Source of the DNA: Mytilus edulis | Lineage: Eukaryota | Assembly: GCF_963676685.1 (NCBI RefSeq) | Contig: NC_092349.1 | Location: 54,622,001-54,686,000, forward strand | DNA length: 64,000 nucleotides | Direction: 5' to 3' | Shown here: piece by piece, positions 36,901-50,400 of the stretch | Layout: every line of letters begins with the position of its first letter | How positions within the stretch are numbered: the first letter of the stretch is position 1 | The notes under the pieces: model-generated | What the model saw: only the letters and a program-made list of their open reading frames with translations | Told to the model about the DNA's origin: nothing | The model's database searches: none | Position numbers and translations under genes: made by a program

Positions 36901-39900
36901 GCCACTCGAATCCAAACAGTTAAAGTTAAACTGCAATAATACAGAGCAAATTGCATTTTCATCATATACAATGTACCGTATTGAAATAAAATACATTTAA
37001 ATCCATTTTTTTTTTGTCGGAAAAGCCTTTACCAATAAACTTGAGAATGTAAACGGGAAATTTGTCAAAGAGACAACAAATCGATCAAAAAACGGAAATC
37101 AACCACAGGTCGCCAAGTCAGGAATATGATAGGTTGTTTTTCTACTTTATCCGTTGATTTTGATATCATTTGGTTTCGTTCTGTCAGTTTTTATGGATTT
37201 TTTTTTTGGAGTTTGGATTTTTTTTCAGTCATGAATTATTAGAAGGAGTTATAGGAAAATTATTTAGAACATATTTTTGTTTCTATTCTGGCTTTCATAT
37301 ATATGGTATATTGACATTCAGTTACAGATAGTGAGTGAGATACCAAGAAAAAAAGTTGTACACAAAGCATAAAATTCTAGATAATGATTTGCATTTAAGC
37401 TGTCGTTTATAGAAAAAAAGATATATATCAACTTGAATGGCCAGGTCTTACAGATACTATACTGTTGTTTCTGTGAAATTGACATATGGTGTATGCGTTA
37501 GTGAGACAGCAACCAATAGGATTTCAGACAGTTTATGGTATTGCATATATATTGCTCAATACTTGCTATGCGATTTATATAAACTTATGTTTTGTTCTAT
37601 TTGGGTCAATAGAAAGGAAGCCAAGTTTAATTAAACTGCGAAAATACCAAGAAGAACTGGCTGAGATAGCTTTGACAGGTCAAAACACTATTATTTGTTC
37701 TGGAACCAATGCAGGAAAGACTTATGTTGCTTACCATATAATTGAGGATCATCTTATTAAGAACCCGGAAGGTAATGACAACAGAAAAGGTACCAATTTT
37801 TCTGCACATGATTCGCATTTTGACAAATAATGTTGCTATGGTTTGTTCAGCAATTCTCGCGGCCAACATATTTGAAAATTAAATGAGATACACTATTTTA
37901 AACAACATAAACAGTACTAATTTTTTCTACACCAGATGCGCATTTCGACGATCAATGTCTCCCTGGTCTATTCAGCAATGCTCGCGGCCAAAATATTTGA
38001 AAATTAAATGCGATACATCATTTTAAACATATCAATAATTAACAAAATAATGTTTGCGTTAGGTAATAAACAGTGTTTGAACAGGTTATGCATTTCGAAA
38101 AAATTATTAACTGTATCAGTTTTCAGTATAAATTAAAACTATGGCACATGATCACTACTATTTCTAATTAAAATTATATGTTCGCACTTGTTCATTTAAA
38201 TGCAACAAACATAAAAAAAATCTTCCTATTGTAGGTAAAGTCGTTTTTATAAACAAGACCAATGTTTTGTTAGAACAACAATACAACAGAGCATGCAAGA
38301 CTTTTAAAGATTTAAATTTTCAGGTATGAGAATGTGTATTATTAATTGATTCTGAATGGTATAAACTTGTATGAAATGCTGATTATGCTTAAAAGAATCA
38401 ATTATACATAAGTTGTGAAATAACACTTTATACACGATGGACGTTTAAACTTAAACATATGAAAGCATGAGATGTATCAAAAATTAGAAAACGTCAAAAG
38501 CTTACATGTAACGACAAAAATAAAATGGACTAAAAAGAATAGCGAATTTACATACTGACATAATTGGTGTCACTACCAAATCACTGACTATTGCGCTGGT
38601 GGTATCATCGGTGATCATTAATTCAACAGAAGTGGTATCGACTCAGTGCTTGTAAGTGAGAAAAACACTGATATAATTCAGTCAATATAAAGAATGAAAA
38701 ATCAGATTAAAAAAATCATGATATTGATCTATGTATTGAATATTATAACATGCATAATTTTGTTTAGGGAAAGATTTATAAATGGGATGCAAGTTTAGAA
38801 GGGGAATGTGAACCCTTTCCAAGTATTGTACAACGTGTATCATTACTTTTCTGTACTCCAAAATCCCTTTGTAATCACCTGGACGAAAAGTCAAAGAATA
38901 AAATTTCGATGGATACGTTCACACTGGTTGTTCTAGACGAATGTCATCATGTGATGCGAGGAAACCCATTCAACGAAGTTATGAATTACTACAGGAAACA
39001 CAAGTTTGAATCCGAGTCCGGCAAGATACCACAGGTTTGTAATAATAACTGTGGAACTGATTTTCTTAGATATATTTTTACAGAAATACTTCTAAAATGA
39101 TGATTGACAAGAATTCAAAACAAAAGAATTCCAATCAAATTGTCAGTAAATTGCATATTGAGACGAAAATGTAGGGTGGAGGTGGTAAAATGGATTAATA
39201 TGTTTTATATAAACAATAATTCACCCTAGTTACTTTTCTTTTTTTTCGTCTTTTGCAAACGCCGTAAAGAGTTATCTCCTATATCACCAGACTACTAGTT
39301 AAAGAACCATTAGGTACAAAATGTACAAGATAATACTACAATTTTTTATGGTTTATTAGTTAAATCATTAAAAAAGAGAAATAGTGAAATGATAAACCTG
39401 TTTGGTTCATTTTTGTCAAAATTATCCAAGAAACATAGCATACTAATTATTCACTTGTAAGTGAATAATTCAACCTTATTAAATTATTTTTCCTGTAACA
39501 TTCAATTTAATCCTTAGCTATATATGATTAACGCATAAGCCAGGCGTGTTCAGATATTAAAAGTTAAAGAATGCCAAAATTGAAAATGATACAAGGGGTA
39601 ACAATTTGTTTGACTGCTTAAATCTACAAAAAACATATTCTCTTACACATGTAGACACGATGATAAAAATGTTACATGAAATTAAGCAGACCTATACAAA
39701 TCCAATTAGAAGTGTCAGCTATCTAATTCAAGCTGTTAACATATCGGGTTAAATTACCGTCCGCAGTCTTTAACAGTCAATGTTAAATCAGATTGCGTCT
39801 AGACTAAAATACACATGAAATGCTGATACATACTACCGAGTATATTCAACGTGAATAGTTTATTTTAATCTTTTATAATTTGGATAACGTTTTGTTTTTA

Positions 39901-42900
39901 TATAAATTAGTATTTGAGTCAAATTGGTGTACTTGAATATGACAACTAAAAACCCTTTAACATTACAGGTATTAGGTCTTACTGCTTCCCCTGGAACGAA
40001 TAGGGCTGACGGTGGATTTTCTGCTGTCCAACATTTGAAAAGCCTGATGGCAAATATGGATGTTTTCAAGCTGTCAGTTGTCCAGAAAAATGAACAAGAA
40101 CTGTTAGAATATTCATCAACCCCATCAAAAGGTAAACATAAATTATGTGCATATATTTAAGTTTTTTAATGTCATATTATATAATTGTATTTTAATACAT
40201 GTACTTTAATGCTTTTTCTTTGAATGAATTATATTTCGTGTGTACGTTGGGGGGCTGGTTTCTTTTATGTCCAAATAAACAACACTTATGTTAGATGAAA
40301 TAGCAACATTTTTTCCAACATTTTTATGAAATCGAGTTTATAAATGACATGTATCAACTGAAACATAAAGTTATGATTATTACCAGAGATATCAAACTAA
40401 CAACAAATATTTTTTTCAATGATTCCCATGAAAAAAATGTTTGAAATTTGAAAACAAACTTCACACAAACTGTGAAGACCTTATACAAAAAAAACGTAAA
40501 GTCAAATCGAAAAAGGAATTTGGAACGAACAATCTTTAGCTCAATAGGATGATTTTTAGCCTTCATTGAAACTCTCTTATCGGCTGATCACCGATACACT
40601 CGTGTTAAACATTGTATAGATGACGCGTAACTATACCAAGAGACGCATGTGTTATTATGATTACATATAAAGGTGCAACTGTTTTCTATATTTCATATTA
40701 CTTAAGTACAAATTCGTTCAGCGGACAGGCTACACGACCCTGTTCAAGGCATCCTTCTTAAAGCCATAACACATGTTGAGGGTGTGTTTAGAAACAGGAG
40801 AGGTACGATATAGTGTAACTACTACTTTAAAGAGCTGTACAAACATGGCATCTAAAGTTGTACAGTTTAAATGCAAAATGGATATCTGCTTATTCAAATT
40901 GATTTTCTTTTGAAATGTAGATTCTTACAACTAGACTCTAGCTATTCTCTTAATAAGTAAACTGTGAATAGGAAATAATTTTGCATAATTTTTATACTTA
41001 AAACACAATAATAAATAAAACATTTTCTTTAAGGTATCAGTATACTATGTTAGATTAAAATGAATGCTTTCCGTCAACTGTATGTAATTTTTTAGTGACT
41101 TCATTTTTGATGGAAAATGGCATCGACACGAAGACTCTGTTATCTGCCCTAGGAATGCCACCGTTTGTTAAATCAGAGAAAAAATATGTACAGTGGATAA
41201 GTGAAACAAAACGAAAAACAGAAAGCGTGATGTTAAAAGATGCAGATGTACCCCGTCTTATACACCTTTGTCTTCGAATTTTAGAGGTACATTGACATGT
41301 TAAAATAAAGCTGGTCCGCATAAATATTTATTGCATATGAAAAAGAGGAAGATAACGAGTGGTAATAAATTAGCGTAAGACAAAGGAAAGAGTTAAACAA
41401 CACAGTATCTCCGAAAACGAACATCAGACAAAAACACTAAATTAATCAAACTGAGTTACACGAACCCCTCTAATATAACTGAAGGTTGTTTCATCACTAT
41501 TGAAAGTTAAGTAGTTCGTACTTAACTAGGAGAACACATACAGCAGTTATCGTGAAAACGTTAGTATACCGTCCATACAACAGAAGCAACCCAAGTGTAT
41601 GGAAATACTATAAAATACCTTGTTTATACAAGACAATACATCTTAGTAAATGATAACATTACAATAAAAATAAATATGAAAAATTATACAAGAAAAGACA
41701 CATGCAATATATATATCATACCGTAGGAACAGAACTGGGAGCAACAAGGCAGTTGCAAGCTCCTGAAACTGTTGAAGGTGGCAAACTGTTTAATGCGAAC
41801 CTAGTTTACAGCCGAAATGTGTTGGAAGTCAGTGAAAAAAATATAGAATAAGACAGTAGAAATTTAAAATCATGTACAGGTTAACTGCTGAAACAGCAAA
41901 CACACATTTTAGTTATTTGCTCTACATGTAAAACAATTTTGCGAATATTACTTTACAGGGAGATAACTCTGTAAAATCAGCTGAACGTTTTAATAACTTT
42001 TCGTTGTTAAAGGAATATAAAGCTTCTCAATGATAAAAAAAAATAGTGTGTGTCAAACTGCTATACAACTAGTGTAATTTTTCTGATAAAATGGTTGGTT
42101 CAAATTTTTGAAATTTTTATATTTTTGTCAAAGGGTCAAAGTAAATACTTTGTCAATATTTTATGAAATTAAACGAGCCAAATTGATTTTATTGAAAGTG
42201 TTAGGTACCACCTTAAACAAAAAATATGAGATGAATGTAACTTTGGTTTTTTTTTATCTTTATTTCTAATATTCAGAAGTATCCCGTGCCACCACTATAC
42301 ACATATTTGACTAAACCCAAAACTCAGTAAGGATAAGAACTGTTCATTCTCGATAATTTTATGTGAAACACTATATTGCAGTTATACGTAGAATGTCTGG
42401 AAATGAATTCATTACTTGAAATTGAAAATGTCACCGACTTGCTTACTGAGGCATATGAAATGTTTTCTTATGAAAGCCAACAAGCAAATACTATAGAAGA
42501 AAGACAAATTATAGAGGCACTAAAAGGTAAGCTTATTCTGTTAATAAAGATATATTTAAAAACGGTATGTAAACAGTATTTGGATTCTTCACCTATTATT
42601 CCTCTATATACACAACTAGCATTCACCTTTTATTCTTTAAAAATGATTGTCATACTCCATCAATTTACGAAATAAAATTTACAATGTTTTTTCAGTGTTG
42701 TATTTATTTGAAAGTTTACTATTTGTTTGATCTTATATTCTGTTTCGCGATAGCATTCACGTGTATTAAATTTTTAACGGTAATTCTTGAGTGTCAGTGT
42801 ACAAACAATTATTGGTAAAATTTTCTGGTTTTGTTGTAGATGTAACATCACTCCTTGTGGAGTTGAGGAATGAAGTTGAAGGTAACCCCGACGTTAATGA

Positions 42901-45900
42901 AATCATTAGTGCACTTCTGAAGGAATATGAAATATTGAAGGAGAATTCAAGATTTCTTGTTTTCGTTAAAACAAGAGCATCTGCGAAAGCTTTAGCAAAG
43001 AGACTACCAGAGTGTCTAAAGGCAACTCATTTAACTGGAGGAACAAAATCAAAAGATAAAGCAGGTAAAGTTGTTGTTTTAAAATAAAGTGTTTTGCTTG
43101 CTGGTTAACTTACTGGGGTTAACGCTAACAACCATTCGTCAATACGGGATATATGTCAATGTATGATATTTCGTGCATTGTTTCATTGCCCGTTTCATAC
43201 ACATCTGTTCTTAAAATGAAGAAGAACAGACAGAAAGTAGAATAGAAATGTAACATCCAAACCTGCAGATATCTATTTGACATAATACCCTTACAATCTT
43301 AGTCATGTTTTTACATAAGACGCCATTCGTTTTTACTGTTTAACAGTCGTTAACATCGATGAGAAGCTGTTTCCACTTATTGACTATTTCCATGATTGAT
43401 TAAAAACAGGAGTATACCGCCTACCCTGTGAATCTGACATTAGAACATGTAATGAATACAATTAAAGCAGAATCATGTCTATACTATATACACGACAAGC
43501 ATTAGACTTTCAAAAAGGGCTAAGTCGACAATGGAAAATGGAAAGTGCTCTCGCTTTGTAGATTTTTTCATTTACTAGAATAGCAACGTGCATCCATCAA
43601 CAAATTTTACCACACACGTGAGGTCACACGTTATGAAGTTGTATATATCGTTAACGTTGCTGTTTACCGAACTCCAGAAGATTAGACTATTTATAGATAA
43701 AAGTTACCTGTGTACCAATATCATGAATATGCATGATTAATGACCAGGCAAAATCTAATTGCTACAATAGAGAGGACAAATCCGATACTCTACGGGATTG
43801 AAGGACATTTACTAGGTTTGGATTGTCCTAACCAATCAATAAACTTTGATTATTCACGTCTCGTAATATCTTCCAATCAGGTAGCAAGAAAAATTCACGC
43901 ACTGACTGTCCATCGTTCAATTCTTAATATCGACTCCTAGAAGTCGATAATTATACTTACTTTGCAGGAAAACAAATGAGCTTAATCAATGCATGTTAAC
44001 TTTCAGGCCTTCACACCGATGAACAACTTGAAGTTATGGAACGTTTTAGAGAAGGAGAACATTTGTGCATCGTTGCAACGTCTGTTGCATGCGAAGGACT
44101 TGACATCCCACAATGCAATTTGATGATCAGATACAAATTTAGAGTAGATGAAATTAGTAGCTATCAAATGAGAGGTAATATTTAAAATTCTGTATACTAA
44201 AGAGTTTGACTAAAGCGTACACCTAATTGAGCATTGAATTGATAGATGCATTACATGTTTTATTATCAAACTAAGACAAATGGATTTTAAAATTCACAAG
44301 CAGCTACTTAAAATAATAATACGCCTAACAAAAACAAACTGAAAATCTAAAAAAGCAAAGGTGACTTCACATACTATATAAAAATAATGTTCACCGGAAC
44401 GAAAAGCACTGAATAATATCATAGTTTCATAGTTACAACTGAAAGCAGGAATTTTCAGATATGAATAAAATTTAAATTTCATAATAGAATAAAAATAACA
44501 TAAACAAATGTGTTTATTTAATTAATTTTGTATTAATTTACAATTAAATGTCAGGATAAATTCAGTCAGTTTGGTTTTACTTTCGTTTCCGGATGATCTG
44601 TTGAATTCATTGTATTGGCAATCTTAATTTGACACGTAAAACAAGATTTAGGGTCTCTTTGTCTAATTTCAACGTCCAAACTACTTACAGCGTTGTGCAG
44701 TTCTATAGATCTGAGTGTCGGGTATGCGTCTGGATGTTGGTCCATCATTTCTGTATTCTATATTTTTTAGGCAACTTTTCTCTGTTTCTAATACCTTTTG
44801 CCCATTTTTCTGTTTTCTTTATACTTTTTGCCCATTATACTCTATTCCTTATTTTTGAGGGTTCATTATTATCTATTCTTTACATTCATTTGTAAAACTT
44901 CATAGTACTGCACCTTACTACCATATCTTGTCAAATAATATAAGAGGAATATCCAAATTGATTTGGAAACCATTTGGTCGAAAGTCCTCGTCAAAATTAT
45001 CGATTACTTTAAGATATGATTTATGCAAACAAGACTTGTTGGAAATGTTTACATGACCTGGTCCTTTATATTCGAATTTTATTTCGAGTTTTAGCCAGGG
45101 ATAAAAATAACGAATAAAACGCCCAAGCCAAATGAAAATGATAACACATCTATGGGCCGCATGAATTATTTCGATTCTAATAACACAACAACGATATTAA
45201 AAAACAACTAGAAAATATGTATTCAATCCTTTGGATTCTGAACGCAATGTTTTTTCGTTGGCTTTTATTTACAGTCAAATGTACGTATATGAAGTAAATA
45301 GTTGACTTGCAGCCATGTTGACTTGTTGAAACCAAATGAATGTATGAATTCACATAACATTGAAAAAGTCAACAGTTCTATACCACTTTTTGAAATTCAT
45401 AAATCGATTAAGAAAAATCAAATCCGGGTTACAAACCAAACCTGAGGGAAACACATCAAATATAAAGGGAGAACAACGAAACAACAGAAACATTAAAATT
45501 CAACACACACAGAAACGAACTATAAGATAACAATAGCCATCTTCCTGATGAAAAATGAACGTAACGGAATGATCTTCAGCTTGGGGTATTATTTTGTTTT
45601 GACATTACATGAACCCGCTTTTCATATTTTAGGAATATAATTTTACCTTGATTTTATACAATTTTTGAGATCTTATGCAATAATTCTTTTCATGCCGTAT
45701 TTATGGGCATTATGTTTTCTTGTCTGTGCGTCTGTTTGTTTGTTCGTTCGTCCGTTCGTTCCGCTTCAGGTTAAAGTTTTTGGACGAGGTAGTTTTTGAT
45801 GAAGTTGAAGCCCAATCAACTTGAAACTTAGTATATATGTTTCCTATGATATGATCTTTCTACTTTTAACGCCAAATTAGAGTTTTGACCCAAATTGCAT

Positions 45901-47096
45901 GGTCCACTGAACATAGAAAATGATAGTGCAAGTTTCAGGTTAAAGTTTTTGGTCAAGGTAGTTTTTGATGAAGTTGAAGTCCAATCAACTTGAAACTTAG
46001 TTCCCTATGATATAATCTGTCAAATTAGAAATGTTATCCCATTTTCAGGGTTTACTGAACATAGAAAATAATGGTGCATATGGGGCATCCGTGTACTTGG
46101 TACACATTCTTGTTTGTTATGCATTAGAATAGGAACAACGGTTCTGTAGTTACTTTTTCAATTTCAAGTTGAACACAACGAAATCCACTAAGTTTTTGCA
46201 CAAAGCTTACGATACAAGTGGATTGACGTGGAAAGTAAATAATGATAGCCATATGTATTTACACATCTGAGTCTGTGATAAGTATATACGTATCGAGAAT
46301 TTTATCACGTTTACATAGCAAAACAAACATGTCATACTAAAATTGGACACAACATCCTGCAAAGATTTCAAAATGGTTGTAATTCATATAAATGATTTTT
46401 TAAAACTCAAGTCAGAATTTTTAGGAGTGATAATTTTCTTTTATTTTTTACTCGAATGACGTGCTTAACATAATAGTATTTTATTTTCAATTATTAGGAA
46501 GGATTAGAGACAAAAAAGGAAAGGAGGTCATTTTGGCGTCAACTGAAGATTTTGAAAGGGAAACAAAAAATATATTAAGACAATACTACATGAAGGAAGC
46601 CATTGGACAAGTAATTGACCTTGATCTAACTGCACATATAGCAATAGCAGAACGAGGGATATATGCTTCCGAAGTTCAGGAACGACTACTCCAACAGCGT
46701 CAAGCGGACAGTAAAACAATTGGTGCATTCACAGTTAATTGCAAGTTCTGCGGAAAACCAGTAACTGATGGTCAATACATCAGGCACATTAAAAGGAAAA
46801 TCTTTATAGTATATGACAAAACAATTTTGACAAAAATAAGACGCGAACCTCTAAAAAAGATAACAAAATTTGACACGATAAAGAAAACGGAAAGAGTATT
46901 TGGGAATATTTGTGGTCACAGTTGGGGTGTAATACTTGTGTATCAGCAATGTGACTTCTTAGCAATATCAAAGGATAAAGTAAATTTTTTTGATAAATAT
47001 TCAAAAGATTTGGTAAAATTTAAGAAATGGCCTGAATTCCCTTATCGCATTGACGAAGTCTCGGATGAAGAGGTGCAGCGTTATTTGGCACAATGA
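33300..47096 (+). CDS. RIG-I-like receptor helicase with N-terminal HEPN (DZIP3-like) and Ig domains, no CARD; 13 exons, ~1018 aa
   Basis: Exons 33300-33936, 34512-34547, 36132-36413, 37613-37771, 38235-38323, 38768-39034, 39969-40131, 40707-40802, 41096-41286, 42382-42526, 42840-43064, 44007-44174, 46498-47096 total 3057 nt, all GT-AG, with no stops. Motifs: LRKYQEELA (Q), GTNAGKT (I), DECHH (II), LGLTAS (III), FVKTR (IV), [16 protein letters not shown] (V), QMRGRIR (VI), and CTD CKFC...CGHSWG...FKKW. Confidence 0.9.
36132..36413 (+). CDS. Exon 3 of the RLR: I-set immunoglobulin domain (absent from the ORF track)
   Basis: [25 protein letters not shown]....EWSKNNEEI...[18 protein letters not shown]...CVLSIT in a 282-nt phase 1-1 exon. 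Confidence 0.85.
45688..46113. mobile_element. HINE copy (181-bp-core family) in the last RLR intron
   Basis: Homologous to 28425-29250, with ~2 core units. Confidence 0.75.
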
Positions 47097-47254
47097 TGAA
47101 AATCACTCTACTTGTATGACATGTACGATAAACTATTTGTGACACAAATATATATTCTGTGTATTTCAAGATAATATAGTCATCACAATCATTTAAATGT
47201 ATTATATTTATTTTGAAAATTTTAAAATTACAGACATGGCAGATGCAAGTAAGA

Positions 47255-47403
47255 AATTAATGCTTCTTTTTTGAAATTCACTGGGTCGTAAAAAGTGTTG
47301 ACTGAGGTACATTTTGTATGAAGCTCGGAAGCGCTGCATTCTAAAAATGCACACACGGTCAATGTTTTCACAACCCTATGAAATTACTGAAAGAAGCATT
47401 CAA
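47255..47403. repeat. Imperfect palindromic repeat in the RLR 3' region
   Basis: AATGCTTCTTT..AATTCA..GGGT.GT.AAA...TTGAC arms around a central GAAGCTCGGAAGCGCT loop. Confidence 0.55.
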
Positions 47404-50400
47404 TACATATAGTTACATTTTTTCGCTATGATTTTGAAAACATGATTACTATCAAGTTTTTCTTGTCTGTGCACTTTATTGTGGAATGAGGAATGTTTAT
47501 TGCTGTTAGCAAATCAAAATAACGTATTATAATGAAACACACATCTAATGTAATAATTAGGTATTTAATGGCAAACGACCGTAAATCGTTTAGACATATC
47601 AAAGATTTGTATTTGACTGTTAAATAAACTCGAGTAAAACGATTTAAACAACAGTCACTAGACAGCCAGTAACGCTTTCCTGGATCGATGGACTTATTCA
47701 ACAATGTCCACTATGATACACTATATACTAGAATAATTATTGTACATGACTACACAATCATTTTTTTTCAGTTTCTCTCTACTTTAATGTTTGCAAAAAA
47801 ATATATATGATTCATTGAGAATTCCTTAGTAAGGTGATACTAATTGACTTCTTGCTCTGGGCGTTTACTGACGAAATTAGCTAAGTGACTTCTTTTCAGA
47901 TTTTCCTTTGCTGATCATTTTTGCTGCTTGAAATTTTTCTTGATTTTATAATAGTCTTTGCACAAAACACACAACTGTGATACAAACGTCATTCATAGGT
48001 AATACTTCCTTACAGTAGTTTACTGATGATTATTGATGTTTGGTCTTGTTTACACATGAAGTCTTGCTATTCAAAGTTTCTATTTATCTAATAAAATTGA
48101 GAATGGAAGACAACAACCAGACCAAAGAGCAGACAACAGCCGAAGGCCACCAATGGGTCTTCAATGCAGCGAGAAATTCCCGCACCCGGAGGCGTGCTTC
48201 AGCTGGCTCCTTAACAAATATGTATACTAGTTCAGTGAACATGGACGTCATTCGTTACTCCGAAATATACACAAGAAACTTAAATTGAAAATCATACAAG
48301 ACTAGCAAAGGCCAGAGGCTCCTGAAGTGGGACAGGCGTAAAAATGCGGCGGGCTTAAACATGATTCAAACTTTCCCCGTATAGCTCTAACAAATGTAGA
48401 AAAACAAACACACAACAAAACGCACAGTAAAACCCAGTTCAAAAGAAGTCTGAGTCCGATGTCAGAATAGGTAACAAATGAAACTAAACAAAATGACAAC
48501 AATAGGCAAAATAGAAAAAAAGTTATGATAATTACTCATAAAGGTGTAGACAGACCAGTTCGGAACGAAAAAGAAACTCTATAGGAAGATCTAAATGATA
48601 ATGTTAGAATGATATGTAGTTGTCGTCTTTCTATTATAGTTCTCATGATTATTATAATCTTGATTTATTGCGCTTATTTTTAATTCTGTATGAAACACAT
48701 GCACTGAACTTCAATATATCACCAGATTAATACTAATTATCATTATTTGTGTAATGTTATTTACTTCCTTATTAATTGATTTAATACAATTAGAAATTAC
48801 ATTCACTCGACGAAATGAAAAGTATAGACTGATTTTGGGTTTGTTTTGCTTATACTTTGTTGCGGAATTATACAGAACAATGTGTATGGAAAAGGTATTT
48901 TTTTCCTGTTTAATAAATTTCCAGTAGTATATATAATAGTATGATACTATTAAAATTAAAGTATTTTAAATATTTTTTTATTTACCAGAGTTTCGAACAC
49001 ATTAAGTTGAAAAAATATATAAAGATATAAAGAAAATTTAGAAATAATCTTTTGCATAACATATCAACGCAAATGTTATAAAAAACCTGATTCAATCTTA
49101 GAATAAATATTTGGGGCAAAACACATGTCTGAAACTAAACTTAACTACCTATATTTTGTTATTCAGTAAAAAAATGTATCGCGAATATGGCGGTCATTTA
49201 TAAGGGATATTTTGTAGAATTGATAACAGTTCAACGTGACCTGAACACTGGTTGATTATTTGCTGTAAATTGTTATCTTAACATGAAGTATAATGATATA
49301 GAATATTTTATTCAGAAACAACGTCCTAACCAATGCAAGGAGCGCAGCAACTATTGCATAAGACTATTATTTAAGTTCAGTTGTATTTGCTTTAGCTTGC
49401 ACTTGCAACTTCATTACTTGTGTCCCTGTCTTTGGAGAGCAGCAAATATGAATTTGAAATGTAGAATACTTATTAGCCTATACAATTGTAAACATTTTAA
49501 AAATATACCACTTTGGTATTAGTATAAACTACTGAACTACTTTTTAAAAACGAATATGATTAGATTTACAATGTATGTAATCAATTTAAATCGGTTTCTT
49601 ATTAATAGCGTCACAATGTGAAAAAGTACGATCACATATTAATTGTTTGAAAATTATAATTATTACAGTAACATCATAATTTTTCAATAGGTCTATCGAT
49701 ATTGCTATCATAGTTATAATGTTTAAGGTAATCGACTTATTGTTCAGCTTCCTAATCGAATGTGTAACTCGACCTATAATTATTTATACTTTAATACATT
49801 GTGACTTGGATAGATAGTTGCCTCATTGGCACTCATACCACATCTTCCTATGTATATTACGGTCATACGGTTCATGTGGTCTCGTAGTAATGTGTTCACC
49901 TCAAAGACTCATGCTTGGTTAAACCACATATTTCATAACTGGTATTTTCTGTCCCCCCAATGTTATGTGGTTATAATGAATCATTGTAGAAGCTGTCGAC
50001 CCGGAGTCAAAATAATGTATTAATCTGTTTATTATACATGTATTTACGAAGTTTATGAGTGTTTCTCGTTTCTCTTTTTTTTATAGATTAGACCGTTGGT
50101 TTTTCCGTTTGAATGTTTTTACACTAGTAATTGTTTGAGGCCATTTAACGCTTACTGTTCGGTGTGAGCCAAGGCTCCGTGTTGAAGATCGTAACTTGAC
50201 CTATACTGCTTTACCTTTATAAATTGTTACTTGGATGGGGAGTTTTCTCATTGGCACTCATACCACATCTTCTATATATGTTATGTAAAACTAACTGATC
50301 TTACCTCCTGTAGATTTATAGAGATATGATTGGTTAAAGAACTACACGTGTTGACTATATAGAAATAGGAAGATGTGGTGTGAGTGCCAATGAGAAAACT

